This document shows, in pieces, positions 6,888 through 16,823 of a stretch of 64,000 bases of DNA. The notes beneath the pieces were generated by a model that worked only from the letters and a program-made list of their open reading frames with translations, had not been told where the DNA came from and did no database searches. Source of the stretch: Gemmatimonadales bacterium (lineage in GTDB: Bacteria; Gemmatimonadota; Gemmatimonadetes; Gemmatimonadales; GWC2-71-9); contig JBDIWC010000008.1 of the NCBI GenBank assembly GCA_039794085.1, positions 32,001 through 96,000 of the forward strand, written 5' to 3'. A program made the translations under genes and the position numbers. Each line of letters starts with the position of its first letter. The first letter of the stretch is position 1.

Positions 6888-7415
6888 ATGGCGACAATAC
6901 TAGAACGCCAGAAAGCGGCTCAGATGCGCGCCGCCGAACGCGCCACGAAACGGGCGCTGTCGCTCTCAATTGCGCTACTTCGTGCCGACGCTCTCTACGA
7001 AGCGTTCACGACCGCAGCCAAAGACGTCGATGCGGCGGATGCCGGCGCGCGCGCAGAAGCGAGTGATGCAGCGCTCAAGCTGCGCAACACCGCATTCTCT
7101 CGCGCCGACGCAATGGCAACGGTGCATTTCGGTGCCCTCTACGCTGTCGCCGATAAATGGCAGGAATGGAAGTTCAGCGACCCAACGGTCGACAAACTCC
7201 TCGCCGATCCAAACCTCACGTTGCTAAAACAACATCGCCACGCGGTGTTTCACGCTGATCACTACGACCACGGGAGCTTCAAAGCTCTCGGAGAAAAGCC
7301 CGGCGCCTTTGAGTGGGCCGCGCGCACCGCCGCCGCCATCCGGGCGTACCTGAAGCGGTTTCACGCCGATCCGGCCAAGCATGTCATCGACCACATCAAG
7401 CGCACCGGCTGGTAG
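6888..7415 (+). CDS. Cassette 7: hypothetical protein with HEPN-like motif (RHAVFH)
   Basis: 175-aa helical ORF; GALYAVADKW...DKLL...LKQHRHAVFH. Confidence 0.75.
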   Translation: MATILERQKAAQMRAAERATKRALSLSIALLRADALYEAFTTAAKDVDAADAGARAEASDAALKLRNTAFSRADAMATVHFGALYAVADKWQEWKFSDPTVDKLLADPNLTLLKQHRHAVFHADHYDHGSFKALGEKPGAFEWAARTAAAIRAYLKRFHADPAKHVIDHIKRTGW

Positions 7416-7436
7416 TGCGCGGTGCCGCGCGCCGCT

Positions 7437-7541
7437 TCCTAACAGGCGTTGATGCTGACCAACGCGGGTCTGTCGGAAGCGGTGGCTTGCGTTGCCGCAT
7501 TTTGTTGATAAGCGTTGGCAGCATAACACTATTCGTTAGCA
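7437..7541 (+). other. attC site 7 (R'' TCCTAAC, R' GTTAGCA)
   Basis: Arms GTTGATGCTGACCAACGC/GCGTTGGCAGCATAAC with extrahelical bases; R' overlaps the ligase stop codon. Confidence 0.9.
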
Positions 7542-9110
7542 GCCCGGAGTGCCGGCGCGGGGCAGCATCGAAGCCTGGGGGTCGCCGGCCAGTTGATCCC
7601 TGATCATCCGCCGCCTCAGCTTTCCCGAGGGACCCCGCGGTAGTACCGACACAAACAGAACCCGGCGCGGAACCTTGTAGGGCGCGAGACGACCCCGGCA
7701 GTGGGCAATTAAGGACTCGGCTCCGACTTCCACCCCGGGACAAAGGACCACGACCGCCACCACCTCCTCGTCGAGCCGGTGATCGGGCACACCCACCACG
7801 GCCGCATCGGCCACGGCGGGATGCGCGAGCAACACTTCCTCCACCTCCCGCGGCGACACGTTGAATCCGCCGTGGAGGATGAGATCCTTCTTCCGGTCCA
7901 CGATGAAGTAGTCCCCGTCCTCATCCCGTGTCGCGATGTCCCCGGTGCGGAGCCATCCATCATGAAGCGCCTCGGCCGTGGCCTGGAGCTGGTTCCAGTA
8001 TCCCTTCATGAGCAGAGGTCCGCGGATTTCGATCTCCCCCCGCACTCCACACTCGCCGAGCACCTGTCCCCCGTCATCCACCAACCGGAACTCCACGCCG
8101 TCGAGCGGGATCCCGATGCTCCCCGCCTTGCGCGGCCGACCGATCCGGTTCTGCGACGCCACCGGTGACGTTTCGCTCAGGCCGTACCCCTCCAGCACGG
8201 CCACTCCGAAGCAAGCCTCGAAGGCGCGCATGACCTCCGCCGGCATCGGGGCCGCCCCCGAGATACACTGCCGAAGGGAGACGGGTACCGGAAGCCTAAG
8301 TTCCTCCACATAGCGGTACAGCGAGAGGTACATGACCGGCACGGCGGCGAGGAACGTGACCGCGTGACGATGTATCGCCTCCATCGCCGCGGCCGGAGTG
8401 AAGCGCGGCAGGAGCACGGAGGTGCCCCCCGCCAGGAGAACCGCATGCTGGATGACCGTGTGTCCAAAGCTGTGGAAGAGCGGGAGCACGCCGAGTGCCA
8501 CCGTGGCCGGGCCATCCGGCAGGAAACCCGCTGCCACGGCACGCGCATTCCAGAGGAGGCTCCCGTGGGAGAGTTCCACTCCCTTGGGGCGCCCGGTGGT
8601 ACCGGAGGTGTAGAGAATGAGCGCGGTGTCCTCCGGGCCCGCGTCGTGTCCCGTCACCACAGGTTCAGCGGCACAGGCCTCATCCCAGCGAGTCACACCT
8701 GGATCAGGACCCGAGGGGACGGCTCCCACCGCGATCACGGGCACCGCCACTCCCATCCGATCAAGAGCGCCACGCGCCGCTCCGAGAGACTCGACCGACG
8801 CGACGACCAAACGCACTCCCGCGTCGGAAAACTGCCACCCCAGCTCGTCGGCCGTGAGCTGCGGGTTGAGAGGGACGAGTATGCACCCCGCCTCGTGTCC
8901 GGCGAAACAGGCCACCGTGAACTCAGCACAGTTGGGAAGAAGAATCGCGAGTCGATCCCCGGGGTGCAGCCCGATCTGACGAAGATGGGCCGCGAGACCC
9001 ACCGCCGTTTCGTGAAGCCGCCGGGCGGTCCAAATCTCGTTCCGGACGATGAGGGCAGGATGGTCGGGGGACGTGCGAACCCGATCCCGGAGGATGGAGG
9101 CGAGGGTCAT
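7536..9110 (-). CDS. Long-chain fatty acid-CoA ligase (AMP-binding enzyme)
   Basis: YTSGTTGRPKG, EGYGLSETSP and GWLRTGD motifs. Confidence 0.92.
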   Translation of the reverse strand: MTLASILRDRVRTSPDHPALIVRNEIWTARRLHETAVGLAAHLRQIGLHPGDRLAILLPNCAEFTVACFAGHEAGCILVPLNPQLTADELGWQFSDAGVRLVVASVESLGAARGALDRMGVAVPVIAVGAVPSGPDPGVTRWDEACAAEPVVTGHDAGPEDTALILYTSGTTGRPKGVELSHGSLLWNARAVAAGFLPDGPATVALGVLPLFHSFGHTVIQHAVLLAGGTSVLLPRFTPAAAMEAIHRHAVTFLAAVPVMYLSLYRYVEELRLPVPVSLRQCISGAAPMPAEVMRAFEACFGVAVLEGYGLSETSPVASQNRIGRPRKAGSIGIPLDGVEFRLVDDGGQVLGECGVRGEIEIRGPLLMKGYWNQLQATAEALHDGWLRTGDIATRDEDGDYFIVDRKKDLILHGGFNVSPREVEEVLLAHPAVADAAVVGVPDHRLDEEVVAVVVLCPGVEVGAESLIAHCRGRLAPYKVPRRVLFVSVLPRGPSGKLRRRMIRDQLAGDPQASMLPRAGTPGC

Positions 9111-9134
9111 GCGGGGGACGGGTGGAGCGGCGGG

Positions 9135-11426
9135 TCAGCCGCAGTATTCGTCGAGCTGTTCAAATCCGATCAACGTCTCGCGCGGCTTGCTTCCATCGGG
9201 CGGGCCGAGAATGCCGGCCGCGTGGAGCTGGTCGATGATCCGGGCGGCCCGGCCATACCCGATCCGCATCTTGCGCTGCAGGAGAGAGGTCGAGCCCCCC
9301 TGCTGCTGCAGGCAGATCTCGGCCGCCTCCCGGAACAGGGGATCGCGTTCCTCACCCGAGCCACCGTCCGCCGGCCCCCCCCCCTCCCGTTCCGCCTCCT
9401 GGGCCCGGATGAACTCCAGGATGTCGACCTCGGCCGCGGCACCCGCCTCCGCCTCCGCCACCCGGGCATCGCGCCGGGTCTCGAACCAGTCCATCACCCG
9501 CTCGGTCTCCTCGGTGGCGATGTAGGCCCCCTGCAGACGCATCGGCTCGCTCTTGCCCGGCGGGAGGAAGAGCATGTCCCCGTTGCCGAGCAGCGCCTCG
9601 GCGCCGTTCTGGTCGAGGATGGTCCGACTGTCCACCTTCGAGGCCACGCGGAAGGCGATCCGGCTCGGGAAGTTGGCCTTGATGAGTCCGGTCAGCACGT
9701 TCACGGAGGGGCGCTGAGTGGCGAGAATCAGGTGGATGCCGATGGCGCGCGCCTTCTGGGCCAGCATGGCGAGGGGAGTCTCGACCTCGCCCTGGACCGT
9801 CATCATCAGGTCGGCGAGCTCATCCACGATCACCACAACGAAAGGGAGCACTCCGTCGGAGTACTCGACCGGAACCGTCTCGGGAGGCGGGGTATCCGGA
9901 GCCTCCGCCGCGATCGTTTCGAGTGTGATCCGGGGCGGTTCGGGATGCCGGAGCGGCTTCCCCTCCACCACCTTGCGGTTGAAGTCTCCGATGTTCCGGG
10001 CCCCGTTGGCATGGAGCAACTCGTAGCGCCGGTTCATCTCGTGAACCGCCCATTTGAGAACCCGGGCGGCGTCGTGGTTGTTGGTCACCACCCGATGCCG
10101 GAGGTGCGGGAGGGCGTTGTACATCGACAGTTCGACCATCTTCGGGTCGACCATCAGGAACCGCAACTCGGCGGGCGTATACTGATAGACCAGGCTGGTG
10201 ATGATCGTGTTGATCGCCACCGACTTCCCCGCCCCGGTGGCGCCGGCGATCAGCAGGTGGGGCATCTTGGAGAGGTCGGCGATGACCGGCTTCCCCTCCA
10301 GGTCCCGGCCCAGCGCGAGGGGAAGCGTGGCGCGGGTCCGTTGCCACTCCGGGGTGTCGAGCAGTTCCCGCAGGGAGACCATGCGCGGCGTCGGGTTGGG
10401 AACCTCCACACCCACGGCGCCCTTGCCGGGGATCGGTGCCACCCGGATGCTCGGCGCCCGCATCTTGATGGCCAGGTCGTCGGAGAGCCCCATGATCCGG
10501 TTGACCTTCACCCCGGCGGCGGGGATCACCTCGAACTGGGTCACCACCGGACCGCTGGTGCGCCCGGCGATCTCCCCGTCCACCTTGAAGGTGCGCAGAG
10601 TGTCCAGCAGCAGCACCCCGAGCCGGTCGAGCTGCGCGCTGTCTTCGGCCACGTTGGTGACGGGGGGAAGTTCGAGAAGTTCCAGCGGGGGGAGTTCCGT
10701 CTCGTCGTCCTCCACGCCCTTCCGGAGCGCGGGCGGTGCGGGTGCCCGCTTCGCCGCACGGGGGTGCGGCTCGGTCTCCGGGAGTACCGTCAGCGGCGCC
10801 CCCAGTGCCTCCACGGCGAAGGAGGCCGGAATCACCCCATTCCCCTCCTCTTCCAGGGTTACTTCGGTCGCCTCGACCGCAGGCGCTTTCCGGGCCCGGC
10901 GCCGCGGCACGGGCTCCGGATCGGGGTCGGGGTCGGCCTTTCGTTCCAGGCGGTGGAGGGGATGCCAGGCGATCGTCATCAGGGTCAGCGCCGAGAGGGC
11001 CAGAAATCCCACCAGGATTCCCCCGGGCTCCCCCACCACCTGCACCATTCCCCGGGCCACGAAGCCGGGGAGAATGCCGGTCAAGCGCGCGGCGAGGGAC
11101 CATTCAGCCCAGGGTCCCAGAAAGGCTTCCGCATCGACCCCGGTCAACACTCCGGCCAGGAAGGGAACGAGCAGGCTCAGACCGAGACCGAGCGCTGCCG
11201 CCCGCTTCATGTCGAGGCGCGGGAGCCGATCGAACCCGGCGAGGCCCAGCCCCAGGCCCAGCAGGGGAACCCCCACGGCGCCGATACCGATTCCCTGCCA
11301 GAGGGTCCCGCCCAGGAGGGCCCCGAGCGGGCCGGTCGGGATGGCGGGTATCAAGGCAAGGCCGGCGAACACGCCGAGCACCAGGGCGGTGATCGCGCCG
11401 AGCCGCCGGCGATCCTCCGGTCTCAT
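9135..11426 (-). CDS. ftsK: DNA translocase FtsK
   Basis: N-terminal TM segments, HLLIAGATGAGKS, ATQRPSV, gamma domain LLQRKMRIGYGRAARIID. Confidence 0.97.
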   Translation of the reverse strand: MRPEDRRRLGAITALVLGVFAGLALIPAIPTGPLGALLGGTLWQGIGIGAVGVPLLGLGLGLAGFDRLPRLDMKRAAALGLGLSLLVPFLAGVLTGVDAEAFLGPWAEWSLAARLTGILPGFVARGMVQVVGEPGGILVGFLALSALTLMTIAWHPLHRLERKADPDPDPEPVPRRRARKAPAVEATEVTLEEEGNGVIPASFAVEALGAPLTVLPETEPHPRAAKRAPAPPALRKGVEDDETELPPLELLELPPVTNVAEDSAQLDRLGVLLLDTLRTFKVDGEIAGRTSGPVVTQFEVIPAAGVKVNRIMGLSDDLAIKMRAPSIRVAPIPGKGAVGVEVPNPTPRMVSLRELLDTPEWQRTRATLPLALGRDLEGKPVIADLSKMPHLLIAGATGAGKSVAINTIITSLVYQYTPAELRFLMVDPKMVELSMYNALPHLRHRVVTNNHDAARVLKWAVHEMNRRYELLHANGARNIGDFNRKVVEGKPLRHPEPPRITLETIAAEAPDTPPPETVPVEYSDGVLPFVVVIVDELADLMMTVQGEVETPLAMLAQKARAIGIHLILATQRPSVNVLTGLIKANFPSRIAFRVASKVDSRTILDQNGAEALLGNGDMLFLPPGKSEPMRLQGAYIATEETERVMDWFETRRDARVAEAEAGAAAEVDILEFIRAQEAEREGGGPADGGSGEERDPLFREAAEICLQQQGGSTSLLQRKMRIGYGRAARIIDQLHAAGILGPPDGSKPRETLIGFEQLDEYCG

Positions 11427-12181
11427 CCGGCCGCCGCCGTACCTGGGGACACCGGCAGGGTGACCCGGCGTTCCATGAACAGGGGAAGCACCGACAGGGT
11501 GCTCTCGGCCGCCACGGCCACGAGGTCCTCTCCCAATCCGTTTCTCATCAGGTCCCGGCCGGCCCGGGAGCGTTCGAGGGGTCGTGTCCAGTTGTGCCCG
11601 TAACGGCGGACCAGATCGAGGCCGACCTGCGCGGCATCATTCAGGCCCCGGCGGATCCACCGACGGCCCAACGCCTCGAACAGCAGGCGCCCCGCGGTGT
11701 AGGCATCCTCCAAGGCAAAGGCGGATTCCCGGCCGGCACAGAGGATGAGCAGGGACCGGGTGTCGGCGATCAGTTCCCGGGCCCGGCGGGCCGCGGTCTC
11801 GAGGTTGAGTGGAGAGGCGACGAGAACCACCGAGGCGCCCTGGGTGGCGAGCAGCGCCCCGGTCCCGTTCGTGGTGCACATGACGAGTGTCTTCCCCGCC
11901 ACGACATCCGGGGTCATCTCGCGCGGGCTGTTTCCGAGAGCGAACCCCTCGATGCGAACCGTATTCCTCTCGCCGGCGAGGAGGACGTCCGCGTTCTCGA
12001 GGTTTTGCGCGATCCGGATCGCATCTTCGGTGGAGGCGGCGGGAATGACCGCCCGAGCCCCCGCCGCGAGGGCCGCGCAGATGGTGCTCGTGGCGCGAAG
12101 GGTGTCGATGACGACGACCGGTCGCCCATGCACGTCGTTGGCGGCCAGACCGTGCGGAGTGAAGGCGACGTCGAGTCTCAT
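11423..12181 (-). CDS. comB: 2-phosphosulfolactate phosphatase family protein
   Basis: [30 protein letters not shown] overlap with accC stop. Confidence 0.9.
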   Translation of the reverse strand: MRLDVAFTPHGLAANDVHGRPVVVIDTLRATSTICAALAAGARAVIPAASTEDAIRIAQNLENADVLLAGERNTVRIEGFALGNSPREMTPDVVAGKTLVMCTTNGTGALLATQGASVVLVASPLNLETAARRARELIADTRSLLILCAGRESAFALEDAYTAGRLLFEALGRRWIRRGLNDAAQVGLDLVRRYGHNWTRPLERSRAGRDLMRNGLGEDLVAVAAESTLSVLPLFMERRVTLPVSPGTAAAG

Positions 12182-13533
12182 TCCTCGGGGCGGAGCAACT
12201 GGGACTCCCGCTCCAGGAACCGGGTGTCCACGCTCCCCGCGACAAAATCGGGGTGACGGATCACCCGCGCCAGGAACGGGATGGTGGTCATCACGCCTTC
12301 CAGGATGAAGCTGTCCAGGGCCTGCCCCATCCGGGCGAGCGCCTCCGGCCGGTCCCGGCCGTGTACGATGACCTTGGCCAGCAGCGAATCGTAATGGGGA
12401 GGCACCGTGTACCCGGCATACACATGGGTGTCCACTCGCACCCCGGGCCCCCCGGGAGGATGATAGGCCGTGATCACTCCCGGACAGGGCTGGAAGTTCC
12501 GGTAGGGGTCCTCCGCATTCACCCGGCACTCGATGGCGTGACCGCGCAGGCCATTCGGTTCCTGGATGCTGAGCGGTTCTCCCGCCGCCACCCGGATCTG
12601 TTCCTTCACGATGTCGCACCCGGTGACCATTTCGGTCACCGGATGCTCCACCTGGATACGGGTGTTCATCTCCATGAAGTAGAAGCTGCCGTCGGTGTCG
12701 AGCAGAAACTCGATCGTGCCGGCACCGACGTACCCGATGGCGGAGGCGAGCCGAACGGCGGCGTCCCCCATGTCGCGGCGGAGAGTGTCCGTGAGCGCGG
12801 GGCTCGGGCTCTCCTCGATCAGTTTCTGGTGGCGTCGCTGGACGGAACAATCGCGCTCGCCGAGGTGAATCACCGTCCCATGCTGATCCCCGAGGATCTG
12901 GATCTCGACATGCCGGGGACGCTGCAGGTACTTCTCGACGTAGACATCGCCGTTGCCGAAGGCGCTGAGGGCCTCGTTCTGCGCCAGGCCGAAGAGCTGC
13001 AGGAAGTTGTCCTCGGACGAAGCGATCCGCATCCCCTTCCCTCCCCCTCCCGCCGTGGCCTTGATGATGACGGGGAAGCCGATGTCCCGGGCCACGGCGA
13101 GCGCGTCCTCCGGATCCTGCATCACTCCGGGGGATCCCGGCACGGTCGGGACGCCCGCCTCGGCGGCCAGGCGCCGCGCCGAAGCCTTGTCGCCCATCTG
13201 GCGGATCTGCTCTCCGGTCGGGCCGATGAACGTGATGTTCGATGCGGCACAGGTATCGGCGAATTCGGCGTTCTCGGCGAGGAAACCATACCCCGGGTGA
13301 ATGGCGTCGGCACCCGTGATTTCCGCGGCCGCGATGAGCCGGGGGATCTTCAGGTAGGACAAGCGCGCCGGTGCCGGTCCGATGCACACGTCATCGTCCG
13401 CGAAGCGGACGTGCAACGATTCGCGGTCGGCCTCGGAATACACGGCCACGGTCTGGATTCCCAGTTCCCGGCATGCGCGAATGACCCGCAGCGCGATTTC
13501 ACCGCGGTTGGCGACGAGCACCTTCCGGAACAT
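12178..13533 (-). CDS. accC: Acetyl-CoA carboxylase biotin carboxylase
   Basis: [36 protein letters not shown]. Confidence 0.97.
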   Translation of the reverse strand: MFRKVLVANRGEIALRVIRACRELGIQTVAVYSEADRESLHVRFADDDVCIGPAPARLSYLKIPRLIAAAEITGADAIHPGYGFLAENAEFADTCAASNITFIGPTGEQIRQMGDKASARRLAAEAGVPTVPGSPGVMQDPEDALAVARDIGFPVIIKATAGGGGKGMRIASSEDNFLQLFGLAQNEALSAFGNGDVYVEKYLQRPRHVEIQILGDQHGTVIHLGERDCSVQRRHQKLIEESPSPALTDTLRRDMGDAAVRLASAIGYVGAGTIEFLLDTDGSFYFMEMNTRIQVEHPVTEMVTGCDIVKEQIRVAAGEPLSIQEPNGLRGHAIECRVNAEDPYRNFQPCPGVITAYHPPGGPGVRVDTHVYAGYTVPPHYDSLLAKVIVHGRDRPEALARMGQALDSFILEGVMTTIPFLARVIRHPDFVAGSVDTRFLERESQLLRPEE

Positions 13534-13535
13534 GG

Positions 13536-14708
13536 TCAGCGCGCGGGGTCGGAGGTTCGCTGCACCTCGCCGAGTCCATCACGGTCGGCCGAGGAGGCGG
13601 AATGGATGCCGGAGGCGCGGAGCGCGAACTCACTCGGATTGGTGGAGTAGAACATGGCGCTTTCGTAGGTGATGACTCCGGTATTGTACCAGTTCATCAG
13701 GGATTGATCGAACGATTGCATCTGGTAGGAGACCATTCCCTCGGCGATCAGGTCGGGAATGCTGAGCGTCTTCTGTACGTCCCGCAGGCTCTCCGAAACC
13801 GCCGCGGTGTTGATGAGTACCTCGGCTGCGGGGACCCGTCCGGTCCCGTCGGACCGAGGAACCAGCCGGAGACTGACGATGGCCGCCAGCGCGGTGGAGA
13901 GCAGCATCCGGATTTCCTGATGCTGGTGAGGCGGGTAGAAGGACAGCACGCGGTTGATGGTCTGGGTGGCGTCGGTGGTGTGCAGGGTCGAGAACACGAG
14001 GTGCCCGGTATCGGCCGCCTTGAGAGCCGTGTCCAGGGTGTCGAGATCGCGGATCTCGCCCAGAAGGATCACATCGGGATCCTGCCGCAGCACGTGGCGA
14101 AGCGCCATGCTGAAGGACATGGTGTCGCTTCCCACTTCGCGTTGCGAAATGTTGGACAGCTGGTCCCGGTGCAGAAACTCGATCGGATCCTCGATGGTGA
14201 TGACGTTGACCCGGCGATGCCGGTTCAGGTGATTGATCATCGCGGCCAGCGCCGTCGACTTCCCGCTGCCGGTCACCCCGGTGACCAGCACGAGGCCGCG
14301 GGGCTTGAGGGCGATCGTCTCCAGCACCTCGGGCAGATTCAGTTCGTGGATGGCCTTCACCTCATAGGGGATCGCCCGAAAGGCGAAGGCCAGGGTTCCG
14401 CGCTGCTGATAGATGTTGGTCCGGAACCGGCCGACCCCGGGGACACCGATCGCGAAGTCCGCCTCCTTCTTCTCGGAGAACTCCTTGATCTGCCGGGGCG
14501 TCATGATCTGCTCGGCGAGGGTCTTCAACTCCTCGGGACGCACCGGCGCCATGTCGAGGGAGCCAAGTTCCCCGTTAACGCGGACCGTGGGCGGACGGCC
14601 TACCTTGAGCAGGAGATCGCTTCCGCCCTGCTGCACCATCTGGGCGATCGCGCGCTTGAAGCTGAACGGGGGGAGTTCCAGTCCTTCGTCCGCGGGGAGG
14701 TCAGCCAT
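13536..14708 (-). CDS. pilT: Type IV pilus retraction ATPase, PilT/PilU family
   Basis: [51 protein letters not shown]. Confidence 0.9.
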   Translation of the reverse strand: MADLPADEGLELPPFSFKRAIAQMVQQGGSDLLLKVGRPPTVRVNGELGSLDMAPVRPEELKTLAEQIMTPRQIKEFSEKKEADFAIGVPGVGRFRTNIYQQRGTLAFAFRAIPYEVKAIHELNLPEVLETIALKPRGLVLVTGVTGSGKSTALAAMINHLNRHRRVNVITIEDPIEFLHRDQLSNISQREVGSDTMSFSMALRHVLRQDPDVILLGEIRDLDTLDTALKAADTGHLVFSTLHTTDATQTINRVLSFYPPHQHQEIRMLLSTALAAIVSLRLVPRSDGTGRVPAAEVLINTAAVSESLRDVQKTLSIPDLIAEGMVSYQMQSFDQSLMNWYNTGVITYESAMFYSTNPSEFALRASGIHSASSADRDGLGEVQRTSDPAR

Positions 14709-15222
14709 GGGGATCCACCCGATAGAGGACCTGGCCGAATTCGACGGGTTGGGAATTCTCCACGCAGATCTCCCGGACCACCCCCCCGAGTTCGGCCTCG
14801 ATCTCGTTCATGATCTTCATTGCCTCGATGATGCACACGGTCTGGCCCGGCGCGATGCGATGGCCGATCCGGACATAAGGATCCGCCCCCGGTTCCGGGG
14901 CCGAGTAGAACGTTCCCACCATCGGGGAGCGGATCTCCTTCAGGGGGGAGGGAGCCGGAGCGGTCTCCGCAGGCGCAGGCACCGGTGCGGTCGAGGCGGC
15001 CGGAGACACCGGTGGCGTTGGCAGCGGCGAGGCGAACGGTGTCGCCGCGGTGCGGGTGATGGTCACCCCCGTTCCGAACAACCCCTTCAACTCGATCGAG
15101 CCGATCTCCGGGGAATCCCGAAGCAGTTGGGCCAACCGGCGGACGTCCTTGATGTCGATCCCCTTCGCCCCGGGAAGTCCCCGGAGGAGGTCGGCGAGTT
15201 GCTGCGTGTCCTCAGGCGTCAT
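14701..15222 (-). CDS. accB: Biotin carboxyl carrier protein
   Basis: IRSPMVGTFY and EAMKIMNEI biotinylation motif; Pro/Ala linker. Confidence 0.96.
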   Translation of the reverse strand: MTPEDTQQLADLLRGLPGAKGIDIKDVRRLAQLLRDSPEIGSIELKGLFGTGVTITRTAATPFASPLPTPPVSPAASTAPVPAPAETAPAPSPLKEIRSPMVGTFYSAPEPGADPYVRIGHRIAPGQTVCIIEAMKIMNEIEAELGGVVREICVENSQPVEFGQVLYRVDPHG

Positions 15223-15307
15223 GCGCAGTCAATTTCCGGGCGATGGCGTGCCTCACGAGACGTTGCCCTTGAGGCGCGCACAAGGTTGCAGGTGGGGTGC
15301 CCCGGCG

Positions 15308-16396
15308 TCAGTCCAGGACCATGAGGTCCGGGGCACCACGGGAGAGGCATCGGGGCCCCTCGGGGGTGAGGAAGATGTCGTCCTCCAATCTGACACCTCC
15401 CCAGCCCGGAAGATAGACCCCCGGCTCGATCGTCACCACTGCCCCCGCCGGGATCACCCCCGGGGCGGTCGGGGCCAGCCGCGGCGACTCATGCACTTCC
15501 AGCCCGATCCCATGGCCCAGGGCATGTCCGAAGGCATCGCCGAACCCGGCCGATTCGAGCACTCCGCGCGCCAGGGCGTCGGCCTCCCGGCCGGTCATCC
15601 CGGGCCGGAGCCGGGTGCGGGCCGTGGCCTGGGCTTCCCGCACCGCGCCGTAGACTTCCCGTTGCCGATCGTCGGGCGGAGCCCCGACCACGACGGTGCG
15701 GGTCAGATCGGCACAATACCCACGGCATCGGCTTCCAAAGTCCATCAGGACCAATTCTCCCGTCCCGATGACCCGGTCGGTCGTGCCGGCATGGGGGAGC
15801 GCACTCCGAGGTCCGGAGGCCACAATAGTCGGAAAGGGATGCCACTCGCTTCCCCGTTCCCGGAGGGCCATTTCCAGGCGCGCCGCGACCGAGCGCTCGG
15901 TCTGGCCGGCATGAATCCCGGGGAGCACCGAGTCCAGCGCCGACTCGGCGATCGTGATGGCCTCGGTGATGGCGGCCACCTCGCCGGGATCCTTGACCAC
16001 GCGCATGGTTTCCACGAGATCCTGCACCGGTTCCAGAACGCACCCGCTCAGGGGAGCCAGCCGACGCCGGTCCCGCAGGGAGAGGCTCTCCTCCTCGATT
16101 CCGACCCGACCACCCTCGGGCACGACCGTCTGAATGAGGGAGAGGAGCCGATCCCACACGTTGCGACGCTCCACCACCACCTCGACGCCCGGACCCGTTT
16201 CCGCGGGGGCCTGTTCAGCATAGCGAAAATCGGTGATCAGCAGGGAGGTTTCGGGAGTGATCAGGCCGAGCCCCGCAGTTCCGGAAAAGCCGAGCAGGTA
16301 GCGGATATTGGGAAGGGAGGTGACGAGGAATCCCGCCAACCCGGTGCCGACGAGGTGGTCCTGGCAGGCGCGCAGTCGTGCCGCGTCAGCCGCCAC
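15308..16396 (-). CDS. Xaa-Pro aminopeptidase (M24 family)
   Basis: [31 protein letters not shown] start chosen by overlap with aroQ. Confidence 0.92.
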   Translation of the reverse strand: MAADAARLRACQDHLVGTGLAGFLVTSLPNIRYLLGFSGTAGLGLITPETSLLITDFRYAEQAPAETGPGVEVVVERRNVWDRLLSLIQTVVPEGGRVGIEEESLSLRDRRRLAPLSGCVLEPVQDLVETMRVVKDPGEVAAITEAITIAESALDSVLPGIHAGQTERSVAARLEMALRERGSEWHPFPTIVASGPRSALPHAGTTDRVIGTGELVLMDFGSRCRGYCADLTRTVVVGAPPDDRQREVYGAVREAQATARTRLRPGMTGREADALARGVLESAGFGDAFGHALGHGIGLEVHESPRLAPTAPGVIPAGAVVTIEPGVYLPGWGGVRLEDDIFLTPEGPRCLSRGAPDLMVLD

Positions 16397-16823
16397 CGAA
16401 CCGCCGGTGGAGGGCGTGAAGTGCCGCCACGTAGCCATCGGCTCCGAGGCCCGAGACCACACCCACCGCCAGATCGGCCATCAGAGACCGGTGCCGCATC
16501 GGCTCCCGGGCGAAGACGTTGGACAAGTGGACTTCCACGAAAGGAATGCGCACGGCCAGGAGGGCATCCCGGATCGCCATGCTGGTGTGGGTGTACGCCC
16601 CCGCATTCAGGATCAGGGCATCGGCCGAGCCGGACAGCGCCTGGATCCGATCCACCAACTCTCCTTCATGGTTCGACTGGCTGCAGGAGAGGGTGATTCC
16701 CAGAGGCTGGGCGGCCGCCCGGATTCCCGCCTCCAGATCCGCCAGGGTGGCCGCGCCGTACACCTCGGGTTCACGCACCCCGAGAAGATTGAGGTTGGGC
16801 CCGTGGATGACGGCGATGCGCAC
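16386..16823 (-). CDS. aroQ: Type II 3-dehydroquinate dehydratase
   Basis: [29 protein letters not shown]. Confidence 0.97.
   Translation of the reverse strand: MRIAVIHGPNLNLLGVREPEVYGAATLADLEAGIRAAAQPLGITLSCSQSNHEGELVDRIQALSGSADALILNAGAYTHTSMAIRDALLAVRIPFVEVHLSNVFAREPMRHRSLMADLAVGVVSGLGADGYVAALHALHRRFGGG

Larger units (their letters stand above)
1..7541 (+). mobile_element. Integron cassette array, integrase co-oriented with cassettes, built of three tandem platform modules
   Basis: IntI fragments at 4340-4685 and 5537-5679; three copies of an attI-like segment; short co-oriented ORFs each bounded by GTT cores and attC-like imperfect inverted repeats; cassette ends are complementary to cassette starts (e.g. 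GTTAGGCATCA at 77 vs TGATGCCTACC at 771; GTTAGAGAGCGCC at 864 vs GGCGCTATCTAAC at 1967). Confidence 0.93.

Noticed and set aside
8364..11603. 1079-aa plus-strand ORF
   Set aside because: Antisense shadow of ftsK and the ligase, typical of high-GC DNA.
12182..13387. Long N-terminal extension on the comB ORF
   Set aside because: Alternative frame inside accC. The real start is the ATG at 12181 overlapping the accC stop.
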